Assembly: GCA_002269645.1 (NCBI GenBank)
Contig: NIVC01000338.1
Coordinates: forward strand, 1-64,000
Source of the DNA: Macrostomum lignano
Taxonomy: Eukaryota
Direction of reading: 5' to 3'
DNA: 64,000 nucleotides
Shown: piece by piece, positions 1 to 10,109 of the stretch
How the letters are laid out: each line of letters starts with the position of its first letter
Numbering within the stretch: the first letter of the stretch is position 1
Notes under the pieces: generated by a model
Told to the model about the DNA's origin: nothing
What the model saw: the letters and a program-made list of their open reading frames with translations, nothing else
The model's database searches: none
Translations under genes and position numbers: made by a program

Positions 1-3000
1 AACCTGACCTCGGGCCTGGCACTGTAACCAACATCAAAGATCTAGACGAGACACGGACCCGGTGCTTGCCGACGGCTTTCGTCGCTGTGATTATCAAGGC
101 CAGCGAGGTGATTAACCAGACAGCGAAAATTTATGGAAATGAATAGTCTAACCACCGCCACCGCCACGCCTGGTCGTCACGGTCAACGGAATCAACAACA
201 AGGCGCCAACTTTCAGTCAGACCGCAGCTTCCGTCTTCATGCCGGAAAAACATACCGATCAATAGCCCCGTGCCTGGATTGTCACTCACGTGAGGGACCT
301 GGATCAGGGCGTCAATGCGTCGTTTTCTATCGTGCTGCTCAGCCACACAGACATATTTATGGTGGAGCCCGCCAGTGGACAGGAACTGGCCGTGGTCTCA
401 ATCCGAGTGAAGAATATCTCTACCATCGACTATGATTTTGGAACAAAAGCTTATGTATTGAACTTGGAAGCTCGCGAAGACAAGAGTCCGCCTGGACTGA
501 GACTCACAGGCAGTGCCATGATTGCTGTGGTGCTAGTCGACATCAATGACTTCAGTCCTCAGTTCAACAGCTCCTCCTACAGCTTCAGCGTTTCAGAGCT
601 GGCAGCCGAGGGAACCGCTCTGACTTTTGGCATCCAAGCGACCGATCCAGACTCCGGATGTTCGGCACGGCGCGGAATTCGCTACTCGCTGATCGGCAAC
701 GGAGCGGATAAGTTCGAGATCAGAGACGCCGACTCGTGCTGTGATCAGCGTCCGGCGCTGCACAGGCGTTCCCGGCAAGGGACCTCTCTGCCTGGACGCG
801 CGAGCTGGCCCCAAGTTACACTTTGTTCCTAGTGGCCACAGACAATCAGGGCACGCGGGAATTCGAATTCTACGTCGATTGTCTTTACTGTGCTCGACGA
901 GAATGACAATCCGCCGATATTTGACAGCGCGACGCAGGCCGTACGAGTTTTTCATCAACGAAGGTCAGACCAGCGGTTCTCCGATTTTCCAGGTGTCGGC
1001 CACGGACGCCGATTCTCCTCTTAATGGCAACAACGTCGTTCAATACTCAATTGTGGGAGAAAATGCTACCACCTACGACGGACTTTGGAGAATCCTATCG
1101 GGTGGGATTATCGTTGCGTCCAGGCCGGTGGACTACGAGACCATCCCAGGCCTGACTGGAGCTACGTGTTTTATGCGCAAGCTCAGGACTCTTCTTCGCC
1201 CTACTTCAAGGCCTACGACAAGATTGTGATCAACGTCATCGATTTGAACGATAACGCGCCTATATTTACCGTGCCCAGTCCGTCAGCCTCTCCGTGCTAG
1301 AGACGATGAATGGCTCGCACTATTTGACAACACTGAAGGCTACCGACGGAGATCTACCGACCACTGCTAACGGTCGCGTGTCCTACTCCATTCAGTCTGG
1401 GGCTCAGGGAAAATTTACCATTAACGACACGACTGGAGATCTGTACACCACCGCTGCTGCAACTTTTGACTACGATGTCCAACCAGTTTACGTATTAAAT
1501 GTTGTTGCAGAAGACAACGGTAGCCCGAGGCTACAGGCGGTGCTTAAAGTCAATGTGCACGTCATTGACACCAACAACCGGTTTCCTTACTTCCTTATGA
1601 ATCCAAAGTTGGTGCAGGTGTACGAAAACACTCCAGTTGGAAGTTTCGTAACTCAAATGACAGCCATGGATCAGGATTCGGCCTCTCAGCTCAATTTTAC
1701 TGTCCTATCGACTGTCTACAAGAGGCTTGACGGCACAGTCACAACCAGCAACGCGACTCTGTTCAACTTGAGTCCCACTTCAGCCAATGTGACTGTTCTG
1801 AACAAGCTGAATCGGGACATCGTGTCTGAAGTGACCATGTTGGTCCACGTTGCAGACCTCAACGCCACGTCTCCCCAGACAGCGACGGCCACCCTCATTA
1901 TTGCCATCTTGGACGTCAATGACAGGGCGCCGGAGTTCGTCAGGCCGTGGACATTGTCCAATCCGTACTACAACATGAGTATCGATGAAGAGCAACCAAT
2001 CGGTAGCTTTGTTGTGGTATTGACAGCCACGGATCCTGACGGCCCACTGAGCGGTTACTATATCGTCAATGATCCTCTTTCGGCCTTCTCTATATCCTCC
2101 TCAGGCACAGTGACACTGAGAGGACGACTTGACTTTGAAGCTGTTGAAGCGACCAACTTCACAGTTGTTGCCGTGGACTCTGGGGTGCCAAGACTGAGCG
2201 CTACAGCCACGGTGTCCATCACATTGAACAATATCAACGACATGAGTCCAATAGTTCAGCAGTCGCAGTACCAGTTCTCGTTGGTTGAGACCTACGGACC
2301 GGCTCCGTCTACACCGCTGAGCGGCCTAAATCGCTTCCTGGGAGTCGTGAACGCCTCAGACGCTGACAAGGGCGACTATGGTCGCGTAACTTTCCAACTG
2401 GCGGATCCTCGCTTCTTCTTGGTGCCCTCAGCCAACGGAGCCGAAGTCTACGCAAATGGGACGGCGTATTTTGACCGGGAGGTTACCAACCAAATCGTGC
2501 TTCAGCTGCAAGTCTCGGACAGCCCGGCCAATCCCACTGTCAGACGATTTGTATCGGCTCCTGTCTATGTTCAGATACTCGACGTGAATGACAACGCGCC
2601 TCGATTTCTGGTGCCTGATTACTATGCTACTGTGGGCAACAATGCTCCCATCGGAACTTTATTTGTTTCAGTTTTGGCCACGGATATAGACATAAACAAC
2701 ACATTGACCTACTCGCTACAGCCATCAGCCAACTCGGATCTGTTTGCTATGAACTCCAGTTCAGGGCAGCTTACCTCGACCCAATCTCTTACAACAAAGG
2801 CGGGCAATATGCTTCTAACGGGAGTTGTGTCCGATGGTGTGCACAACGCCACTTGCTCCATTCACATCACCATTCTCGAGTCGAGCAGGACGCCACCTGT
2901 GTGGGTTTCACCCAGCAGTGACAACAACACTCTGCAGGTGCTGGAGGAGCAGTACCTGGGCCTGATCATCACCCGGCTGCAAGCGCGTGCCGATAATAGC

Positions 3001-4389
3001 AGCAGCGCCGAGGTGGCCCGCCTCACCTACGGCATCCTCTACGGAGACGCATTCGTCGATGAGACGCCGCAGTTCAAGGTGAACCCAGTGACTGGTGTAC
3101 TCACTGCCAACATCATTTTCGATCGCGAGAGGCAGGACCAATATCTGTTGAACCTGGCCGTTAGAGATGGTCGCACACCGCCGCTTGAGTCCCGCCTGTT
3201 CGTCATGGTGCAAATATTGGACGTCGACGATAACAAGCCAGTATTCGACAGGTCTAATTACGCATTCAGCGTGGCCGAGAGCGTCTCTGTCAACACGAGT
3301 GTCGGCACGGTGCGCGCTACAGATTTGGACATTGGGGTGAACGCCATCATCCGCTACAGCATTGTGTTGGGCAACACGGGCAACGCCTTCCGCATCGACG
3401 CCGTCACTGGCGAGATTTTTGTCAACTCGCCGTTGGATCGCGAGACTACGGCCGATTATTCGCTGCAAGTCGGCTCAGGTAGTGCCGGCTCAAGCTCGGT
3501 TGCCTCGGTGGTCACGGTTAACATCAGCATTGGCGATGTGAACGACAATGTTCCGGCATTTTCTCAGCCGATTTTCAGCGCCAGTTTGCCGTACGACAGC
3601 CAGTTTGGCTCGTTGATTGTGAGAGTCAGTGCCGCTGACCCGGACTACGGAGACAATGCGCTTGTAGCCTTCTCTGTGGCGGACGACCGAGGCCTCATGA
3701 GCATCGACAGCGCTGGCCGAGTCACGCTAGTGAGCCTTCCAACTTCATCCTCGACCACCCCAGCCACTGCACGTCTTTCTGCATGGAATCCTGTCAGAGC
3801 GTCTGCGATATCCAGCGCCACACTGCGAGTTTGGTTCACCTCGTCCGCCGAGGTCGCGGTCCTGACCGTCACGCAGACCCCGGACTGGGTGTCGCAGCAC
3901 CTGGACATGTACCGAACTCAGTTAGTTGCCATTACCAACACTAGCAACGTGTTCATCACCTCTGTGCGCTACCACCTGAGTAAGGACGGAGAGCCAGACC
4001 TGACCCGAACTGACCTGCTGGTGACCGCGTCTCGACCCGACCTCACACTTTACTCCGGCCCCGAGCTCTCCAAACTGGTCCTATCAGCGATGTCCAGCGG
4101 CGACTCCGCGGCCAATTTGCGCTTCCTGAAACTGCAGGACGCCTCAGGTGCTTCAGACCCCGGCGCCGCTGGTGACGTCGATCTCAGCCTGCCGGCAATC
4201 GCCGCCTGCGTGGTGCTGGCGGTGGTGCTGCTGGCCGCCCTGGGCTTCGCCATCGCCATGTACTGCATGCAGAAAAGCCTGGCTGCCAGGTGCGCCGCCC
4301 AGGCTGGCGCCAACCACCTGCAGTTCCTGAACATTCAGGGAATGCAGAAGCACAACATGGCTTACGACGAGAGTACAATTGTCGGCTGA
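1..4389 (+). CDS. Large cadherin, 3' part (CDH23/PCDH15/Cad87A-like): at least 12 EC repeats, membrane-adjacent non-EC domain, TM, short tail. Clean ORF 1294-4389; 1-1293 carries multiple frameshifts
   Basis: EC-linker and Ca-binding motifs include GINNKAPTF, DINDFSPQF, DENDNPPIF, DLNDNAPIF (these four in shifting frames), then DTNNRFPYF, DVNDRAPEF, DVNDNAPRF, DVDDNKPVF, DVNDNVPAF, with DRE and AxDxD motifs. TM is LPAIAACVVLAVVLLAALGFAIAMYCM and the stop is at 4387-4389. No introns were seen. The 5' end lies outside the window. Confidence 0.93.
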
Positions 4390-5346
4390 ACCTCGGCGGC
4401 TGAGTTTTCATTTCCTTGCCTCACTACTTGCTGTTGTTAGTAGGTCTATGAGCTAACAATGCTATTTTTAACTTTGCGTGTAAATTAGTTTTTAATAATA
4501 AGAAATACTTGGATGATAAGTTATTTTGGCGACTAGGATTGACACCTGTTGCAAAATCTGCCATTCTGTGAATTTAATATGAAAATATTGAATATTAAGG
4601 CTTTAACCTTTACACTTTTTGAAAATCTAATCCCTGATATAGTGATATCATTTGACACTTTGAGGCCATGACGTCTGTTTACTTTAACAAGTCTAGTTAA
4701 CGTACGCTCGTATGTTTATTATTTATGCATGTACTGTTGGAAAGCAATTCCTGTGGATTTCACCGCAAATAGTGCTGTTGTTTCTGGTTTTCTGTTCAAA
4801 AATTTTAACAAAATAGATGTGCCTTCAGCTCCTACACAAACCCAAATTGCGAAGTATCATCGGATTTGATAATCAAATACTAAGGGACGAGTAGTCTGTC
4901 TTTTAAAATAGCTTCTTTTTAGCCCCCGGAGTTGAGCTTCCGCTGCACTGGAAGAATTTTAGACGGACGGCGGTTCCGACTAATTTAAATAATTCACTGC
5001 AGGCATCCCAGGTGTGCTCATGCATTTTTTAATCGGGCATTTCATCACGCCAAGCCACTGATATAGCGACGCTACTCAACGTGCTCGCGTCTGTCATGCT
5101 CAGGGCGACAGAACTCACAGTTTAAACCGGCCGACTGATTTTGGGCGCGGATTCTCCCGGCCGGATGCGTCGGACCAATCCATCTGATAGATTAATGGCC
5201 CCGTGATTAAGCAGAGCTCCAGTTGCATTGTGTTTGCCTCTTGTTTAATATGCACACTAATTATCTGCAATCGTACTTAGCAGTGTAATTATAATAAATG
5301 ACAATGCCGAGGCCTCCGGCACGAAGGTCGCGGCGCCGCTTCCTCC

Positions 5347-5409
5347 GGGGTTGACCCAAGGACCACTAGGAACACTTCGTTCTAATCTAGTAGTCCTTGG
5401 GTTGACCTC
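5347..5409 (+). ncRNA. Pre-miRNA-like hairpin (candidate only)
   Basis: Arms 5347-5369 and 5387-5409 pair over 23 positions with 1 mismatch and 3 G-U pairs, around a 17-nt loop. The G-U pairs favour folding on the + strand. Confidence 0.3.
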
Positions 5410-5600
5410 CGCAGTGAGCACTACCCCCTATTCATAAAGCATCGGCAATGAAAATGACCAATGACCACTATAGCAAAATCTGCTGCACCATGAAGATCTG
5501 CAACTAATTGACCTGGAGTCAGCGTTCTAAGAAACAAACTACGTCATATATGAACTATAGTCTGGACACTCCGTTTTTGAACAAAATGTCGACAGTAGTT

Positions 5601-5770
5601 GGCCCGAGGGTTTTCGTGCGATTCCCGCCCGTGAGGGCCAACCACCAAGGCACAGAGACTGTACATGCCTGATGATTAGAAATTCAGAGCCGTTGTTCAC
5701 CCTGCGTGAGCGTGTGAGTGCGTTCCTGCGTACTGGCGCGCTTGGATGTGCTCAGGAGCCAGCGGAATGC
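5601..5770 (+). repeat. Dispersed repeat family, copy A (others at about 34.2, 41.7 and 54.7 kb)
   Basis: Shares GAGGGTT..GTGC, AAGGCACAGAG..TGTACA..CTGA..TTAGAAA.TCAG and GTGCTCAGGAG.CAGC.GAATG blocks with the other copies. Confidence 0.75.
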
Positions 5771-6479
5771 TGTAACCTTCAACTGATTCTGTCAAACCTA
5801 TTTCTCTCACACAATGGTTCCCGATTTATAATGCTCCGGGAAGTCTCCACTCTCGGTACCCAACACCGATAGCCCTCAAAGCTAGCAGAGAAGAATCTGC
5901 AGCCTACGGCTCGGAGCCGAAGCATCTCTTCCTGTTGCGCTGTTGCTGACTTGAGTCCCTCACTCGTCAAAAAGTTTAATTGAACCTGCGCTGACTCCTC
6001 CCATCTGAGCAGCTCTTCTTGGCCTCTAAAGCGATCTCATAGAGAAAGGATGAAGTACAAAGGAAAGCAAAGGAAGGAAGACTCAAATTTGTGAGCCTGC
6101 AGACAGAGAGCAGTAGGATCAGAGCTCAATGAGGCTCAAAAAGCAACTGGAAGAAGCGACTCCAAAGTGAAATGCTGAAGAGGATGCCGGGACCGGTTTG
6201 CAAGAGTGGCTTGGAAGCTCAGCGGACTCGGCTACTATTGGCCAAAAATTCCTGCATCCTCAAAAAATACTCACTTAGTTGCGGCTGACAGGCAACCTGT
6301 GGGCTGGTCCAATCCGCTGCCCCGCCTGCTGCATAATACCACAGTTCCGGGCTAAAGCCCCGCAGCCTGCAGTTTGCCTCAGCCCGTGACCGCGCCTGAC
6401 CCCCCCCCCCCCTCACAACTTGCTCTGCTTCGAACAAAAGCGAGGCGAAGATTGTCTGTGCTGACCCACTGAGCTGTGC

Positions 6480-7571
6480 ATGGGCACCGGCAGGCCCCGG
6501 ACTCCACGGGTGTCAGCCGCTCTGACCGCTTCCGCCGCGATTCTGACCGCGCTGCTCCTGTCTCTGCTGATGCCAACGTCGGCAGTGTCCTCTGAGTGCC
6601 ACTGGAACGCCTGGAGCAGTCCTTCATCTGGGCGGCAGTGCGTGTGGCGCAACACAACCGTAGGACTACCGTCTAGAAGCCACGTGATCAGCCGGATTGT
6701 CACCTTCTGTGCGAAAGTGTCCCGCGTGCGCACAATGCACTGCAGCCAAGTCGACGACCTTGCAGACGGTGGCGAAGACTCGCAAACAGAGTTCCTCGAG
6801 CCGGCAGCGTTCGCGCCAGGCCTGGACCCGCTGAATGACCAGCCCGTGCCGGTGAGGCAGGCAGGCGATGACTGCTCAGAGCGCGGATGCCCGCCGCTCG
6901 ATGGCCAATGGTGCTACTGGACCGCCTCTTTGAACTGCGACTTTCAGTGCCGCCTGGCGCAGCCCAACGCCAGCCAGGGCGGCGCCGAGGTCTTCCTGGT
7001 CAGGCGCCGCTTGTGCGCCTGTCCGAGACCGCGTAACCACGGCGCCAACTGCCCAGGCGCCGGGCTGGAGCGGGTTCGCTGCCGGTGCGAGTCGCTGGTC
7101 GACAGCCTGCGCGCTTTTCTTGGCACAGCGCCTGGCGCGCTGACGGCAGCCGGCGCCGCGATCGGCTTCTGCATTCTCGTCGCCTGCTGCGTGTTGCGCG
7201 CCCGCTGGGACCCCGACGGCGACGAAGAAGGTGAAACCGAAGCCCAGAGCAGCGGCAACGGCGTGCCGAGATGCTCGGCGGTTCGACTGGTCAATGCACC
7301 GACCGAGCTGACCTCCCTGCCCTGCAGCAGCAGCAGCGCCCGCGATCCCAGCTCGCTTGAGTTCACGGACCCGCCGAGGATGCAGAGGCGGCAGCGACGT
7401 CCAGCGCCGCCCCCTCCGCGTGAGCCGCCTGCAGCCCAAAGCAGAAAGCGCAGGCCGCCGCCCCCGCCACCGACGTCGACCTCGGATCGACAATCATCCC
7501 ACTCATCTGCGGTGACTTTGCTGCAAACCGCCGTAATGTATTCTGCTCACCTTCCAGATGATGTGGTGTAA
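6480..7571 (+). CDS. Single-exon type I membrane protein with thrombospondin type-1 (TSR)-like domain(s) and a Pro-rich tail, 363 aa
   Basis: Signal-like stretch AILTALLLSLLMPTSAVS; partial TSR CHWNAWSS; TSR-like DGQWCYW...C...RRRLCACPRPRNHGANCPG..ERVRC; TM LTAAGAAIGFCILVACCVL; GC-rich codon usage. Confidence 0.8.
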   Translation: MGTGRPRTPRVSAALTASAAILTALLLSLLMPTSAVSSECHWNAWSSPSSGRQCVWRNTTVGLPSRSHVISRIVTFCAKVSRVRTMHCSQVDDLADGGEDSQTEFLEPAAFAPGLDPLNDQPVPVRQAGDDCSERGCPPLDGQWCYWTASLNCDFQCRLAQPNASQGGAEVFLVRRRLCACPRPRNHGANCPGAGLERVRCRCESLVDSLRAFLGTAPGALTAAGAAIGFCILVACCVLRARWDPDGDEEGETEAQSSGNGVPRCSAVRLVNAPTELTSLPCSSSSARDPSSLEFTDPPRMQRRQRRPAPPPPREPPAAQSRKRRPPPPPPTSTSDRQSSHSSAVTLLQTAVMYSAHLPDDVV

Positions 7572-8495
7572 CAGGGGTTGGGGGCTCGAGTTTTATCAGC
7601 TCAGTAAATTTATTCATGCATTACTTATGATGTCAGTCATTTACGGTAAACGTATACTTGTCATCGCGGACTTAACCGTGCGCTCAAATGCTGAAGTCAT
7701 TAGTCTCTGTGTTAGTGTGCGATACATGACGTTGCTCTGCTCGCCAAGTTGACCGCTGCCTTTGCCTTCCTTCAGCATGTGTGTATATGAAAAAATGCTT
7801 TTGCAAATCATTGATTCATGCAGCGGAGGATCGCTCCCATTTTTTTAATTCGAAAAAAGCATTTACGAATTCAGTGCAGTAGTTAATTAATGGAGTTGTA
7901 CTACTGTGTTAATCAATGCACCATAAATCTATTTTACGACTCAGATAATTGAATGCAATTGGAAAATCCGTTCATAAGGATTGCATGCTCTTTCTTCTTT
8001 GACCCTAGGCGCTGCCTCGCTCCCTTGCTGCAAGCAGCTGATGGACAGAAAATTCGAGCAGCAGAACTTCAAGTCTGAGAAACACAATGCAACAGTTAAA
8101 ATTGTAGAATAGTTAAAATCGTAAAATGAAAAAGGGAAATGAAAAGATTCTGGAATGGCTAAATGTACTGAAAATACACTTTTGAATCACCGGAACACCA
8201 CTCATATTACATAGAGATGCGGCTAGACCGCTGCTAGATTTGAGTGCGTACCACAGGAATCTGCGGAAAGATCAAATAATCTCTTATAACAGTTTACTAG
8301 TGCTGAAAATGTTTTTATATGGATTGATGTTGGCGAGAAAAAGGCAGACATTAGTTCATCAAGAGACAACCTCCAGCAAACCAACCTCCTACAAACTGGC
8401 AATTGATTAATAAAAAGACGTACATATAATGCTTCCAATAAAAATTAGAAAAAACTGTATACGCAGATAATAGTAAGACAAAACTCAATATTATT

Positions 8496-8533
8496 TGCGA
8501 CGCGTTTCGGCTAAAACTAGCCATCTTCAGGCA
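8496..8533 (-). ncRNA. Minimal type I hammerhead ribozyme (inverted copy)
   Basis: Reverse complement of 8913-8950 in the left arm. Confidence 0.85.
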
Positions 8534-8735
8534 CTATCGAACAGAATTTATTTCAACTTATTAAATACTGTGTAGACGACAAAATCAGGTATTGAAAAGA
8601 TATAAAAGGACTAAAGGATCAATGTACAGTATAGCAATGTTCATAATATTTTTTGTGGAATGACAGGACAGAGAAAAGAGAGAGAGAGAGAGATAGAGAG
8701 TGTTCTAAGCTAGAGTACATTTGGGGCGCATACGC

Positions 8736-8772
<37 letters not shown>

Positions 8773-8912
8773 CTCTGTCCTGTCATTCCACAAAAAATAT
8801 TATGAACATTGCTATACTGTACATTGATCCTTTAGTCCTTTTATATCTTTTCAATACCTGATTTTGTCGTCTACACAGTATTTAATAAGTTGAAATAAAT
8901 TCTGTTCGATAG

Positions 8913-8950
8913 TGCCTGAAGATGGCTAGTTTTAGCCGAAACGCGTCGCA
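8913..8950 (+). ncRNA. Minimal type I hammerhead ribozyme
   Basis: TGC-CTGAAGA-T-GGCTA gttt TAGCC-GAAA-CGCG-TC^GCA. The full core is present (CUGANGA, GAAA, UC cleavage site after 8947), with a 5-bp helix II and a palindromic ACGCGT helix III. Confidence 0.85.
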
Positions 8951-10109
8951 AATAATATTGAGTTTTGTCTTACTATTATCTGTTAAGAGTGCTTCTCTAC
9001 CGCAATTGTATACGCAGATAAAAGCAAAGCTTCTGAATTTTTCTTTTTGTGCTTTTCTTGTTTGTTTTAATGGATGTTTTTAATTTCCGTTCCTGCAATT
9101 TTAAAAAACGATTTCTATGAACTCAATCTTTCAAATCATAGCTCCGCTTAAAATCTAGCTTTTCATAACATTTTATAGCGGAGGTATACTCCTAGCTGGA
9201 TTAAAATTATTCTGTAAATCTGTTCGAATCAGAAGATGCATATTATGTGTTTATGATGTTAATATACATATAATATTGTCAATTTATAATGCTGAAAAGT
9301 GAAAACTCTAATTGTAATTCGAGCCGATTGATAACTTGATACTCTATTTATTGCTATTTATTGTATGTAATGGAATTTATTTCGATTTAGCTTCTGTTTA
9401 CATAGTTATCTAGCATAAATAAGATAGTTGGGAAAAGCATTAAGTTTGTTGGCTAGTGAGTATGAAATAATATTTGCATAGAAATAACAAACTTTGAACT
9501 TTGAAACAATTTCTCATGCATGGCTCTTTTTCATATTCTGTTGGCTATACTCATTATAGCTTTGAGTCAATAATATTAATATTATTTTTGGCTTAAATGA
9601 GCTATACCTAACATAAATATAATTTTGTCTTACTTTCTAAGTATTATTAAACTTAGTAAATAGCTTTGTAGTTGTATGTAATAGGCTTAAGAGTAAAAAC
9701 TTAAACCTAAGTGTCTGTTCAATTTATAATATTTATGTTATCATTTATAGTTTAATAATCTATATCTTTTTTTCTTTAGGAAAGTATGTTCTTATATATT
9801 TAAAATTGATTTTTTATACATCATATTTTAGGTGCAAAAACATTTAAGTCATTCTGTCATAATTTAAATCAAGCAAAATTTTTTTGTAAAATGAATATAT
9901 TAAAAACTGTATTAGTAGTAGTATCTCATCTTATAACATTAAATATCCATTTAGACTATTGTATTTAGTTTACATATAAAGCATTTTTCATTGGGTAACA
10001 TTACTAATGCAGATTGGAAAATATCATTGCCAGTGGTTTGTGATATTTATATCAGTTATTTTATGGGTATTTGCTTCCCGCAGTGCATCCGCTCCAGGCT
10101 GCCTCCTAC

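Larger units (their letters stand above)
8456..9021. mobile_element. Non-autonomous Penelope-like element remnant as an inverted repeat with a 15-bp target-site duplication
   Basis: Arms 8464-~8693 and ~8753-8982 read as exact reverse complements. TGTATACGCAGATAA is repeated at 8456-8470 and 9007-9021. Each arm carries a minimal hammerhead motif of the kind known from PLE pLTRs. No ORF. Confidence 0.75.

Noticed and set aside
5780-6220. Coding-looking stretches as a possible extra cadherin tail exon
   Set aside because: No convincing donor near 4380 or matching acceptor, and frames are interrupted by stops.
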